DNA of 64,000 nucleotides, from contig CAVRCJ010000019.1 of NCBI GenBank assembly GCA_963719515.1, positions 109,470 through 173,469 of the forward strand, written 5' to 3'. Both the position numbers and the translations under genes were made by a program. This DNA comes from an uncultured cyanobacterium (GTDB taxonomy: Bacteria; Cyanobacteriota; Cyanobacteriia; CAKZMO01). The notes beneath the pieces are model-generated. The model worked only from the letters and a program-made list of their open reading frames with translations. It had not been told where the DNA came from and did not search any database. Positions 54,701-64,000 of the stretch are shown piece after piece. Position 1 is the stretch's first letter, and every line of letters starts with the position of its first letter.

Positions 54701-55077
54701 GCGGCAAGGCACAGCAGGGTGGACAGCGCTTCGGAGAAATGGAGGTGTGGGCATTAGAGGCGTTCGGCGCAGCCTATACGCTGCAGGAGCTGCTCACCGT
54801 CAAGTCAGACGACATGCAGGGCCGCAACGAGGCGCTGAACGCGATCGTGAAGGGCAAGGCAATTCCTCGTCCGGGCACTCCTGAATCGTTTAAGGTGCTC
54901 ATGCGAGAGCTGCAGTCCCTTTGCCTTGATATTGTTGCCCACAAGCTCGACACGGCTGAAGATGGCACCTCTAACGACACTGAAGTGGACCTGATGGCGG
55001 ACATCGGCACCCGACGGACGCCATCGCGCCCCACGTACGAATCGATTAATCGCGAAGAGATCGAAGTCGAAGAGTAG
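51781..55077 (+). CDS. rpoB: RNA polymerase beta subunit
   Basis: [42 protein letters not shown] before ATG 51781. Confidence 0.99.
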   Translation: MSNLVQTTPAFLLPDLVEIQRASFRWFLHEGLIEELNSFSPITDYTGKQELHFLGKSYRLKRPKYDVDEAKRRDSTYSVQMYVPTRLINKETGEIKEQEVFIGDLPLMTDRGTFIINGAERVIVNQIVRSPGVYYKSETDKNGRRTYNASLIPNRGAWLKFETDKNGLVWVRIDKTRKLSAQVLLKAIGLSDSEIFDALRHPEYFQKTIEKEGQFSEDEALMELYRKLRPGEPPTVSGGQQLLESRFFDPKRYDLGKVGRYKLNRKLRLNVPDAVRVLTPQDILASIDYLINLEFDIGVVDDIDHLGNRRVRSVGELLQNQVRVGLNRLERIIRERMTVSDSDSLTPASLVNPKPLVAAIKEFFGSSQLSQFMDQTNPLAELTHKRRLSALGPGGLTRERAGFAVRDIHPSHYGRICPIETPEGPNAGLIGSLATHARVNAYGFIETPYYRVEEGRVLKDESPVYMTADEEDDFRVAPGDVATEDDGTIINEVIPVRYRQDFTTTSPTELDYVAVSPVQIISVATSLIPFLEHDDANRALMGSNMQRQAVPLLRPERPLVGTGLEAQAARDSGMVMVSRTEGEITYVDANRIRIRDDAGRETTYELQKYQRSNQDTCLNQRPIVFTGDRVQLGQVLADGSAAEGGEVALGQNVTITYMPWEGYNYEDAILISERLVFEDVYTSIHIEKYEIEARQTKLGPEEITREIPNVGEDALRQLDETGIIRIGAWVEAGNILVGKVTPKGESDQPPEEKLLRAIFGEKARDVRDNSLRVPNGEKGRVVDVRVFTREQGDELPPGANMVVRVYVAQKRKIQVGDKMAGRHGNKGIISRILPVEDMPYLPDGTPVDIVLNPLGVPSRMNVGQVFECLLGWAADNLDVRFKVTPFDEMYGEEASRLSTHAKMQEAREKRGEDWVFNPDNAGKIQVYDGRTGEPFDRPVTVGKAYMLKLVHLVDDKIHARSTGPYSLVTQQPLGGKAQQGGQRFGEMEVWALEAFGAAYTLQELLTVKSDDMQGRNEALNAIVKGKAIPRPGTPESFKVLMRELQSLCLDIVAHKLDTAEDGTSNDTEVDLMADIGTRRTPSRPTYESINREEIEVEE

Positions 55078-55199
55078 CCTTTTGGGGCCAAACCCTCTTC
55101 AGCACTCGCTTGATCTGCCGCCGATCGTCTCGGCGGCAGGCGCGTTAGCTCATCTCCGCGCAAAAACAATATTTCAAAACTGCCGCTAAGGATACAGCA

Positions 55200-57074
55200 A
55201 TGCCAAAACTGGAACAGCGATTCGACTATGTCAAGGTAGGTCTGGCCTCTCCGGAGCGAATTAGGCAGTGGGGAGAGCGTACGCTTCCCAACGGCCTGGT
55301 CGTCGGCGAGGTGACTAAACCCGAGACGATCAACTACCGCACGCTCAAGCCTGAGATGGACGGCCTGTTTTGCGAGCGTATTTTTGGCCCCGCGAAGGAC
55401 TGGGAATGCCACTGTGGCAAGTACAAGCGGGTGCGTCACCGGGGCATCGTGTGCGAGCGCTGTGGCGTTGAGGTGACTGAATCGCGGGTGCGACGGCATC
55501 GCATGGGCTACATCAAGCTGGCGGCCCCGGTTACCCACGTGTGGTATCTGAAAGGCATTCCCAGCTACATGGCTATTCTGCTGGATATGCCGCTGCGCGA
55601 CGTTGAGCAGATCGTCTACTTCAACGCTTATGTCGTCCTAGACGCGGGCAACGCCGATAACCTCAGCTATAAGCAGCTGCTCACCGAGGATCAGTGGATT
55701 GAAATTGAAGATCAGCTCTACAGCGAAGAGTCTCAAGTTTCAGGCGTTGAGGTGGGCATTGGGGCCGAAGCTCTGCAGCGGCTGCTGCAAGACCTAGACC
55801 TAGAGGGCGAGGCGGAGAAGCTGCGGGAGGATATTGCTAACGCCAAGGGCCAAAAGCGAGCCAAGCTCATCAAGCGGCTGCGGGTAATTGACAACTTTAT
55901 CGCCACCCAGTCTAGCCCCGACTGGATGGTGCTCTCCTACATCCCCGTCATTCCCCCCGATCTGCGCCCCATGGTGCAGCTCGACGGCGGTCGATTTGCG
56001 ACTTCAGATCTCAACGACCTCTATCGACGGGTGATTAACCGCAACAACCGGCTGGCCCGGCTGCAGGAGATCTTGGCTCCTGAAATCATCGTCCGTAATG
56101 AGAAGCGGATGCTCCAAGAGGCGGTAGACGCCCTAATCGACAACGGGCGTCGGGGTCGAACGGTGGTGGGAGCCAACAACCGGCCGCTCAAGTCGCTGTC
56201 TGACATCATCGAAGGTAAGCAGGGCCGCTTCCGTCAAAACCTGCTGGGTAAGCGAGTAGACTACTCGGGCCGTTCTGTAATCGTGGTTGGCCCCAACCTC
56301 AAAATCCATCAGTGCGGACTGCCTCGCGAGATGGCCATTGAGCTGTTTCAGCCCTTCGTCATCCACCGGCTGATCCGCCAAGGTCTGGTTAACAATATTA
56401 AGGCGGCGAAAAAGCTAATTCAGCGCAGCGACCCCAGCATCTGGGATGTGCTGGAAGAGGTGATCGACGGCCACCCCGTAATGCTCAACCGGGCCCCGAC
56501 GCTGCACCGCCTGGGTATTCAGTCCTTTGAGCCGATTTTGGTGGAAGGGCGCGCGATTCAGATTCATCCGCTGGTCTGTCCCGCTTTCAACGCTGACTTC
56601 GACGGCGACCAGATGGCGGTTCACGTGCCGCTGTCGCTGGAAGCCCAAGCCGAAGCCCGACTGCTGATGCTGGCATCGAACAATGTCCTTTCCCCAGCGA
56701 CGGGTCGGCCCATCATTACCCCCAGTCAGGATATGGTGCTGGGCTGCTACTACCTCACCGTGGAGAACCCAGAGGCTACGAAGGGCGCTGGCCGCTACTT
56801 CGGCAACTTGGACGACGCCATCATGGCCTACTCTCAAGGCAACCTCGACCTACATGCCTATGTCTGGGTTCGCTTCGATGGCGCTGTCGAAACCGATGAG
56901 GACGACGATACGCCGGTAGAAGAAAAGACCTTTGACGACGGCAGCACCACGCGAATCTACAAGTGGCGGCGGGTGAGGGAAGACGCCGACGGTAACGTCA
57001 TTTCTCAGTATGTTCGTACGACGCCGGGGCGCGTGATCTACAACAAGACCATTCTTGATGCTTTGAAGGCTTAG
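55200..57074 (+). CDS. rpoC1: RNA polymerase gamma subunit
   Basis: Zn finger CHCGKYK..CERC, catalytic NADFDGD. Confidence 0.99.
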   Translation: MPKLEQRFDYVKVGLASPERIRQWGERTLPNGLVVGEVTKPETINYRTLKPEMDGLFCERIFGPAKDWECHCGKYKRVRHRGIVCERCGVEVTESRVRRHRMGYIKLAAPVTHVWYLKGIPSYMAILLDMPLRDVEQIVYFNAYVVLDAGNADNLSYKQLLTEDQWIEIEDQLYSEESQVSGVEVGIGAEALQRLLQDLDLEGEAEKLREDIANAKGQKRAKLIKRLRVIDNFIATQSSPDWMVLSYIPVIPPDLRPMVQLDGGRFATSDLNDLYRRVINRNNRLARLQEILAPEIIVRNEKRMLQEAVDALIDNGRRGRTVVGANNRPLKSLSDIIEGKQGRFRQNLLGKRVDYSGRSVIVVGPNLKIHQCGLPREMAIELFQPFVIHRLIRQGLVNNIKAAKKLIQRSDPSIWDVLEEVIDGHPVMLNRAPTLHRLGIQSFEPILVEGRAIQIHPLVCPAFNADFDGDQMAVHVPLSLEAQAEARLLMLASNNVLSPATGRPIITPSQDMVLGCYYLTVENPEATKGAGRYFGNLDDAIMAYSQGNLDLHAYVWVRFDGAVETDEDDDTPVEEKTFDDGSTTRIYKWRRVREDADGNVISQYVRTTPGRVIYNKTILDALKA

Positions 57075-57194
57075 CCTTGAGCAGACTTGGTCATCTAGCC
57101 CTAAGCAATCCTAGGTGACCAAATCGCTAGCAGCTTCTCGCGCTGGGTGCCGTAGCGCTAAAAAATTAGCGGCACGCTCAACAGATGTAGTTCG

Positions 57195-60100
57195 ATGGAT
57201 GAACAGACCCCAATGGTAGACCAGAAAGATAATCAGCAGTCAGAGCGTCCCTTTGTATTTCGTAACCGCGTCACGGATAAGAAGCAGCTTCGTAAGCTTG
57301 TTGCCTGGGCCTTTACCCACTACGGAACGGCGCGCACGGCTCAGATGGCTGACGAGCTAAAGGACATGGGATTCCGCTACGCCACCCGCGCGGGCGTCTC
57401 TATCAGTGTCGATGACCTGCAGGTTCCCCCCATCAAAAAGCAGCTCTTGGAAGCTGCAGAGGAGGAGATCCGCAGCACGGAGACCCGCTATACCCGGGGC
57501 GAAATCACCGAGGTGGAGCGATTCCAAAAGGTGATCGACACCTGGAACAGCACGAGCGAAGAGCTTAAAGATGAGGTAGTCCGCAACTTCAAGGCCACCA
57601 ACCCCCTCAACTCGGTCTACATGATGGCCTTTTCGGGAGCGCGGGGAAATATCTCACAGGTCCGTCAGCTCGTCGGTATGCGGGGCCTGATGGCCGACCC
57701 TCAAGGTCAGATTATTGACCTACCCATTAAGACAAACTTTCGGGAGGGCCTGACGGTCACCGAATACATTATCTCCTCCTACGGTGCGCGCAAAGGCCTG
57801 GTAGATACAGCGCTGCGGACGGCGGATTCAGGCTACTTGACCCGCCGTTTGGTGGACGTCTCCCAAGACGTGATCATCCGCGAGCTAGACTGCAATACCG
57901 AGCGAGGTATCCGCGTCCGCAGCATGACGGACGGGGAGAACGTGCTCATCCCTCTGCAGGATCGTCTTCTGGGCCGGGTGCTGGCGGAAGATGTGGTGCA
58001 CCCTAAAACAAAAGAGGTTGTCGCAGTCCGCAACCAAGATATTTCTGACTCTCTAGCAATCGAGATTGCGAAGACAGGGGTCAGCCACGTCGTTGCGCGA
58101 TCGCCCCTCACCTGCCAAGCGAGCCGGTCGGTGTGCCAGCGCTGCTACGGCTGGAGTCTGGCCCATGCCTCTGTCGTTGACCTGGGCGAAGCCGTGGGCA
58201 TCATCGCCGCCCAGTCCATCGGCGAGCCGGGAACCCAGCTCACCATGCGGACCTTCCACACGGGGGGCGTGTTTACCGGTGAGGTTGCCCAGCAGGTGCG
58301 GGCCCCCTTCGACGGTACCGTTCAGATTCCTGAGATTAAAACCATGCGATCGCGGCCCTTCCGTACCCGTCACGGGGAAGATGCGCTGATCGTCGAAAAC
58401 AACACCAAGCTCACCGTGGAAACCAAGGGAGGCCAGCGCCGGGTCTTCACGGTCAACAACGGCTCCATTCTCTTCGCCCGCGACGGTGAAACCGTCAAAG
58501 CCGGCAAGATTTTGTCGGAGCAGCAGGCCACCAGCCGCACCCGCAAAGTCACCGAGAGAGCGACCAAGGACGTGGCCTCTGACCTCGCTGGGGAAGTGCG
58601 CTTCGCGGAAGTAGTGCCCGAAGAGAAAAAAGACCGCCAGGGCAATACCACCCGCATCGCCCAGCGCGGCGGCCTGATTTGGGTGCTTTCGGGAGAGGTC
58701 TACAACCTACCGCCAGCGGCGGAACCGGTGGTGAAGAACGGCGATCGCGTCGACGTGAACAGCGTCCTAGCAGAGACTCGTCTGGTTACTGAAAATGGGG
58801 GAGTCGTGCGACTGCCTGAGGACGACGAGAGCAAGGGCGGTCGTGAAGTCGAGATTGTTACCTCCTCCGTACTGCTTGACCAGGCGCGGGTTTACGTTGA
58901 GGCTCCCCAAGGGCGGGAGCAGTACTTCATCGAAACCGGTAACGGCCAGCGCTTCTCTCTGATTGCAACCCCCGGTACTAAGGTGATGAACAATCAAGTG
59001 GTCGCCGAACTGATCGACGATCGCTACCACACTCAAACCGGCGGCATCATCAAGTATTCTGGCGTTGAAGTCGCCAAAAAGGGCAAAGCAAAGCAGGGCT
59101 ACGAGGTGATGCAGGGCGGTACGCTGCTGTGGATTCCCGAAGAGGCCCACGAGGTCAACAAGGATCTGTCGCTGCTGCTGGTGGAGGACGGACAATTTGT
59201 TGAAGCCGGGACCGAGATCGTCAAAGACATCTTTTGCCAAAGCAGCGGCGTTGTTGAGGTATCCCAGAAAAACGACATTCTGCGGGAAATCGTCATTAAG
59301 CCCGGCAGCCTGCATATGGCCGACAACCCAGAAGATGTCATGGGCAAAGACGGCACCATCATCAATCCTGGGCAAGAAGCCATCCCCGGCCTAGAGGTCG
59401 AGGCGCTCTCTTACGTCGAGTACATTGAATCGCCGGAAGGGCCGGCAATGCTCCTACGGCCTGTGACCGAGTTCACGGTGCCCGACGTTCCCTCAGTGCC
59501 CAGCCAAGAATCGGTGAGCGACGAAGTCTCCTCCTCTATTAGTCTGCGGGCTATTCAGCGGATTCCCTACAAAGACGGCGAGCGCGTCAAGTCTGCAACG
59601 GGGCTAGAGCTGCTGCGCACCCAGCTGGTGCTTGAGCTAGGAGAAAACGCCCCCCAAATGGCGGCGGATATCGAGCTGATCGAAGACGAGGATGACAAAG
59701 AAACTCGGCGGCTGCAGATGGTAATTCTGGAGACCCTGATCGTGCGGCGCGACATCACTGCCGACCAGACCCAGGGCAGTACCCATACCCGTTTGCTAGT
59801 GGACGACGGCGATCAGATTGCACCGGGCGCTATCGTGGCTCGCACCGAGATCCAGTGTAAAGAGGCTGGAGAAGTGCGAGGCATTCTGGAGGGGGCGGAG
59901 GCGATCCGCCGGGTGATTATTGTTCGGGAGGTCGACCAATTTTATGCCGACCTCAACGGCGAAAGCGCCGCGGTAGAGGTGGGCGATCTGCTGGTAGGCG
60001 GCTCGGAAGTGGCCTCCGGCGTCAGCATCCCCGAATCGGGTCAGGTGATTGAAGTCGAGGGCGATCGCGTCCTGCTGCGCTACGCGCGCCCTTACCGGGT

Positions 60101-61352
60101 GTCCCCGGGAGCCATCCTGCATATCGACGACCGGGATCTGGTGCAGCGGGGTGACAACCTGGTGCTGCTCGTCTTTGAGCGGGCAAAAACCGGGGACATC
60201 ATTCAGGGTCTCCCGAGAATTGAAGAACTTCTAGAAGCCCGTAAGCCGAAGGAAGCCTGCATCTTGGCTATTCGTCCCGGCACTGCTCAAGTGGTTTACA
60301 ACGAGGGAGAAACCGTTGAAATCAAGGTGGTCGAAGACGAGGGCGTGGTGACGGACTATCCCCTCGGTCCTGGCCAAAACGTGATTGTCGGCGATGGCCA
60401 AAAGGTTGCGGCGGCAGAGCCGTTAACCGATGGTCCCGCCAACCCCCACGAAATTTTGGACATCTTCTTCCGGGTCAACCGCGAGAGCAAGGGAACTCAC
60501 CAAGCCGCGATGATCAGCTTGGAGAAGGTGCAGACCTTCTTGGTAAACGAGGTGCAGTCGGTGTACCAGTCCCAGGGTATCGATATTTCCGACAAGCACA
60601 TTGAGGTGATTGTGCGCCAGATGACCTCTAAAGCCCGCATCGACGACGGCGGAGACACGACCATGCTGCCGGGTGAGCTAGTGGAGCTCTATCAAATCGG
60701 CCAGGTGAATGGCGCTATGTCTATTACCGGCGGGGCCCCTGCCGAATATACCCCTGTGCTGCTGGGGATCACTAAGGCCTCTCTCAATACCGACAGCTTT
60801 ATCTCTGCGGCTTCTTTCCAGGAGACGACCCGCGTCCTTACGGAAGCGGCCATCGAAGGTAAGTCCGACTGGCTGCGGGGCCTGAAAGAGAACGTCATCA
60901 TCGGTCGCCTAATTCCTGCGGGAACGGGCTTTAACGCCTATGAAGAGTCCGTGGGTTCGCCCAACGACGATGGCTACGACAACGCCCTATATGAGGGCAA
61001 TATGGACCTCAAGGACGTCGTTCTCGACGACCAAACCGCTCGCGCCTACGAGCTCGAAGGGGGATTAGACCGCCTTCCTGCTCAAAATGGAGATGCAGGG
61101 CTAATTGGGGGCGGCTCACCCCAAAACTTTGCGGGACGCCCCGCGGAAGGGACGTCTATGATCCTGGAGGACGGCAGCGATCTGGGAGACCTTGTGGCAG
61201 ACGAGCCCGCGGATGGGGTAAAAGCGCCGGACGCCAATGGCGTTGACGATGCTGTTGAAGCCGCTGGGGCCGCTGGCGTTGGCGACACTACCGCAGCCCT
61301 TCCGACAGAGACGGGGCAGGCGAGCGCTGCGGATAGCGATGAAGGCGAGTAG
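57195..61352 (+). CDS. rpoC2: RNA polymerase beta' subunit (cyanobacterial, large SI3 insertion)
   Basis: [45 protein letters not shown]. Confidence 0.99.
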   Translation: MDEQTPMVDQKDNQQSERPFVFRNRVTDKKQLRKLVAWAFTHYGTARTAQMADELKDMGFRYATRAGVSISVDDLQVPPIKKQLLEAAEEEIRSTETRYTRGEITEVERFQKVIDTWNSTSEELKDEVVRNFKATNPLNSVYMMAFSGARGNISQVRQLVGMRGLMADPQGQIIDLPIKTNFREGLTVTEYIISSYGARKGLVDTALRTADSGYLTRRLVDVSQDVIIRELDCNTERGIRVRSMTDGENVLIPLQDRLLGRVLAEDVVHPKTKEVVAVRNQDISDSLAIEIAKTGVSHVVARSPLTCQASRSVCQRCYGWSLAHASVVDLGEAVGIIAAQSIGEPGTQLTMRTFHTGGVFTGEVAQQVRAPFDGTVQIPEIKTMRSRPFRTRHGEDALIVENNTKLTVETKGGQRRVFTVNNGSILFARDGETVKAGKILSEQQATSRTRKVTERATKDVASDLAGEVRFAEVVPEEKKDRQGNTTRIAQRGGLIWVLSGEVYNLPPAAEPVVKNGDRVDVNSVLAETRLVTENGGVVRLPEDDESKGGREVEIVTSSVLLDQARVYVEAPQGREQYFIETGNGQRFSLIATPGTKVMNNQVVAELIDDRYHTQTGGIIKYSGVEVAKKGKAKQGYEVMQGGTLLWIPEEAHEVNKDLSLLLVEDGQFVEAGTEIVKDIFCQSSGVVEVSQKNDILREIVIKPGSLHMADNPEDVMGKDGTIINPGQEAIPGLEVEALSYVEYIESPEGPAMLLRPVTEFTVPDVPSVPSQESVSDEVSSSISLRAIQRIPYKDGERVKSATGLELLRTQLVLELGENAPQMAADIELIEDEDDKETRRLQMVILETLIVRRDITADQTQGSTHTRLLVDDGDQIAPGAIVARTEIQCKEAGEVRGILEGAEAIRRVIIVREVDQFYADLNGESAAVEVGDLLVGGSEVASGVSIPESGQVIEVEGDRVLLRYARPYRVSPGAILHIDDRDLVQRGDNLVLLVFERAKTGDIIQGLPRIEELLEARKPKEACILAIRPGTAQVVYNEGETVEIKVVEDEGVVTDYPLGPGQNVIVGDGQKVAAAEPLTDGPANPHEILDIFFRVNRESKGTHQAAMISLEKVQTFLVNEVQSVYQSQGIDISDKHIEVIVRQMTSKARIDDGGDTTMLPGELVELYQIGQVNGAMSITGGAPAEYTPVLLGITKASLNTDSFISAASFQETTRVLTEAAIEGKSDWLRGLKENVIIGRLIPAGTGFNAYEESVGSPNDDGYDNALYEGNMDLKDVVLDDQTARAYELEGGLDRLPAQNGDAGLIGGGSPQNFAGRPAEGTSMILEDGSDLGDLVADEPADGVKAPDANGVDDAVEAAGAAGVGDTTAALPTETGQASAADSDEGE

Positions 61353-61415
61353 CAAGACCTTTACGCGTCGCGAAGCCTAGTCCCAGCGGCTTAGCCTTCG
61401 CTTGACCCTGAACCC

Positions 61416-61444
61416 AACGGCATGGAGGTAGACTCCATGCCGTT
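61416..61444 (+). terminator. Hairpin downstream of rpoC2, probable terminator
   Basis: AACGGCATGGAG-GTAGA-CTCCATGCCGTT, 12-bp stem; weak U-tract. Confidence 0.6.
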
Positions 61445-61669
61445 CTCAGTAAAAGATGCACCCGGGTCCTGGCGGCTTTATCGCTCTGCGGAGAAGGCCA
61501 GCGAAGCCGGAATTTATCAAAATAGTTTTGATTTATTGCGGTCTGCCGGAACTTCCAGCGAGGAGAGCGATCTACTATGGGTAGGCGACGTTTTCTCAAT
61601 TCAGCATTCGCCCCGCTACAGTTTGACTGCACAGTTGTTTTTGTTCAACTCTACTAGTCGCTATCCGTC

Positions 61670-62206
61670 ATGGTTTTAACTCGGCTTTCCCACCTTCATC
61701 GCATGTTCCGCTTCGGCGCAGCAGGTTTGGGCCTCGCGATCGTTTCGTCTGGCCTATGGTCAGCCCCTGCTTCCTTTGGGCCGCAGCTCGCGACTACCGA
61801 TCTATTCTCTGGGCGCGTCCAGGCTCAAACCGCAGGAGCCGTCAGCCCTGAAGAGGTCCAGCGGTACGCTAGCTCAGTTTTGGGTATAGAGCGTCTGCGG
61901 ACAGAGGCGCTCGTTCAAATACAGCAGTTTACTGAAGGGGACGCTCTGCAGGGGTTGGCCTGCCACCAGTCAAATACCGTCCGACGACTCTCCAGGCAGG
62001 CTAAAGATGTCTTCGTTCAATACTGCAGTCAGGCCGCCACTACAGTGGAAGACAATGGTCTAAGCATCACTCGCTTTAATGAAATTACCGTAGCTCAGCA
62101 GGGTGATGCCGAGTTGACTAATCAGGTCCAAGAAACGCTTCAGCAGCTCCAGTTGGGCGCCACCTCTTCCCCGCCGCAGTCGCCGCGGCCCCTGTCTCCC
62201 CAGTAG
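61670..62206 (+). CDS. DUF4168 family exported protein
   Basis: Signal peptide; EEVQRYA..L.IE..R, VEDNGLSITRFNEI. Confidence 0.75.
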   Translation: MVLTRLSHLHRMFRFGAAGLGLAIVSSGLWSAPASFGPQLATTDLFSGRVQAQTAGAVSPEEVQRYASSVLGIERLRTEALVQIQQFTEGDALQGLACHQSNTVRRLSRQAKDVFVQYCSQAATTVEDNGLSITRFNEITVAQQGDAELTNQVQETLQQLQLGATSSPPQSPRPLSPQ

Positions 62207-62260
62207 GGTTTGAGCGTCAGAAGCTGAATTTGCCGGCATCACTGCTCAGCCCGACCGCCC

Positions 62261-63661
62261 CTAAAATTCAGCGCTCATCGGCGCTCTTGGAAACGGGATG
62301 ACGTCCCGAATGTTGGTCATACCCGTCATAAACTGCACCAGACGCTCGAATCCCAGGCCGAATCCAGCGTGGGGGACGGTGCCGTAGCGGCGTAGGTCGA
62401 GGTACCACCAGTAGTCCTCTACCGGGAGGTCATTTTCCTTGATGCGCCGCTCCAGCACGTCTAGCCGCTCTTCCCGCTGCGACCCGCCGATAATCTCGCC
62501 AATTTTTGGGGCGAGTACGTCCATGGCGGCAACGGTCTTTTCGTCGTCGTTGAGCCGCATGTAGAAAGCCTTAATCTCTGTGGGATAGTCGGTGACGGCC
62601 AGCGGCTTCTTGAACACCTCCTCTGCGAGGTAGCGCTCGTGCTCTGACTGGAGGTCGATGCCCCAGGCTACCGGAAACTCGAAGGTGCGATCGCTTTTCT
62701 CTAGCAGACGGACCGCCTCGGTGTAGGTGATGCGCTCAAACTCGCTATTGACAATTTGGTCTGCCGTTTCTAGCACCGTGTTGTCAATACGCTTGTTAAA
62801 GAACTCCATGTCCTCAGGGCAGTGCTCCAGCACGTAGCGGAACACATATTTTAAGAACGCTTCCGCCAAGGCGACGTTGCCGTCTAGGGCGCAAAAAGCC
62901 ATCTCCGGCTCCACCATCCAAAACTCGGCCAGATGACGGGAGGTATTGGAATTCTCGGCGCGAAATGTGGGACCAAAGGTATAGACGTTAGTGAAGGCTG
63001 TAGCCATAATCTCAGCCTCAAGCTGCCCGCTCACCGTGAGATAGGCCGGGCGGCCAAAGAAGTCTTGGCTGTAATCTACGCCCTGCTCTCCGGAGGCTTG
63101 CTTCGCCAACGGCACCCGCCCAAGATCTAGGCTGGTGACGCTGAACATCTCCCCGGCCCCCTCACAGTCGCTCGCCGTGATCACGGGGGTGTGGATCCAC
63201 AGAAAGCCCTGCTCCTGAAAAAACTGGTGGACAGCCGTCGCGCAGGCGCTGCGCACCCGCATCACTGCGCCGATGGTGTTGGTGCGGGCTCTGAGGTGAC
63301 CGATGGTGCGCAGGAATTCGAAGGAGTGGCGCTTTTTTTGCAGCGGGTAGGTTTCCGGGTCTGCCGTCCCGTAGACCGTTATGGTTTGGGCCTGCATCTC
63401 AATGCGCTGGCCTTTACCTGGGGAGGGAACCAGCAGCCCCGTAACGCCAACTGAGGCTCCGGTCGTCACCTGCTTGAGCTTTTCGTAGTCCGGCAAGTCC
63501 TGGTTGATCACCACCTGCAGCCCGCTCATAGCCGAGCCGTCGTTGACCTCGATAAAGGCAAATTCCTTTAGCTCCCGCTTGGTGCGAACCCAGCCCTTGA
63601 TTGTGGCGGTCTCGTCGGGTTGGCCTTGGTTGAGAATGTCAGCGATGCGGCTTGTACTCAT
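62261..63661 (-). CDS. asnS: Asparagine--tRNA ligase
   Basis: [45 protein letters not shown]. Confidence 0.98.
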   Translation of the reverse strand: MSTSRIADILNQGQPDETATIKGWVRTKRELKEFAFIEVNDGSAMSGLQVVINQDLPDYEKLKQVTTGASVGVTGLLVPSPGKGQRIEMQAQTITVYGTADPETYPLQKKRHSFEFLRTIGHLRARTNTIGAVMRVRSACATAVHQFFQEQGFLWIHTPVITASDCEGAGEMFSVTSLDLGRVPLAKQASGEQGVDYSQDFFGRPAYLTVSGQLEAEIMATAFTNVYTFGPTFRAENSNTSRHLAEFWMVEPEMAFCALDGNVALAEAFLKYVFRYVLEHCPEDMEFFNKRIDNTVLETADQIVNSEFERITYTEAVRLLEKSDRTFEFPVAWGIDLQSEHERYLAEEVFKKPLAVTDYPTEIKAFYMRLNDDEKTVAAMDVLAPKIGEIIGGSQREERLDVLERRIKENDLPVEDYWWYLDLRRYGTVPHAGFGLGFERLVQFMTGMTNIRDVIPFPRAPMSAEF

Positions 63662-63715
63662 GGGAAAGGTGTTAGCTCAGACGGTACTAGCTATTCTAAA
63701 TCTTCACACCTGAGG

Positions 63716-63880
63716 TTAGCGCGTTTTCAGCTGATCGCAATTTGCCTGCAGGGCGCTGTTGACAGATTCAACGATTGCTTTCTCTTGACTCTTGGCCGGG
63801 GCTTGAACCTGCTCAATCAGCGAGTCAGGCAGGCGGACTGCCATTACAACCGGCTTGGCTCGCTTTACCATTTGCGTCAT
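63716..63880 (-). CDS. Possible small ribbon-helix-helix (CopG-like) protein
   Basis: VVMAVRLPDSLIEQV strand-helix pattern; co-oriented with asnS; start uncertain. Confidence 0.35.
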   Translation of the reverse strand: MTQMVKRAKPVVMAVRLPDSLIEQVQAPAKSQEKAIVESVNSALQANCDQLKTR

Positions 63881-64000
63881 TTGTTGGAACACGCAAAATC
63901 TTCTTCTCGCAACGTATGTGACTGAAATCACGTTGTCAAAGTGATGTTAAAACTTTTCCCAGAACTTTACAGACGGTGCAATACACATCTTCAGAGATTT

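Larger units (their letters stand above)
1..64000. repeat. HIP1 octamer GCGATCGC dispersed through the window
   Basis: Many copies, e.g. 1882, 18425, 44718, 45292, 62687; not exhaustively counted. Confidence 0.95.

Noticed and set aside
55200..61352. Split rpoC and large insertion as a novelty or intein
   Set aside because: Standard cyanobacterial rpoC1/rpoC2 split and SI3 domain
61422..61679. 85-aa ORF after rpoC2
   Set aside because: Starts inside the hairpin, has no motifs and no HLIP signature

Overview
Chromosomal window from a cyanobacterium. The evidence is psbY, rpaB, pedR, split rpoC1/rpoC2 and dense HIP1 GCGATCGC octamers; the genus cannot be fixed without a search. Most of it is housekeeping: a gyrA/parC-like gene, cysH, hisS, a SigE-type sigma factor, tyrA, mreBCD/ssb, pyrD, secA, radA, rpaB-plsX-fabH-fabD-plsC, moaB, hisD, rpsT-tatD-rpoB-rpoC1-rpoC2 and asnS. 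One accessory cell-surface patch lies at about 35.7-48 kb. It holds an SH3 protein, a 2645-aa DUF4347/Ig-like/TSP3-like/RTX protein, an internally deleted IS200/IS605 tnpB element with both end hairpins, an SLH-OprB porin and a 14-bp tandem array. The ORF track missed psbY (36 aa). radA carries a single-base frameshift. I recognised no tRNA, rRNA, CRISPR array or prophage, and I cannot claim a clearly new system. The best leads are the mini-tnpB/omegaRNA element, the giant protein with a putative His/Cys protease domain, a spore-photoproduct-lyase cluster in a non-endospore-former, and two apparent pseudo-enzymes (a multi-GAF kinase-like protein and a DinG-like protein). All family assignments come from motif recognition and recalled sequences, not database searches.
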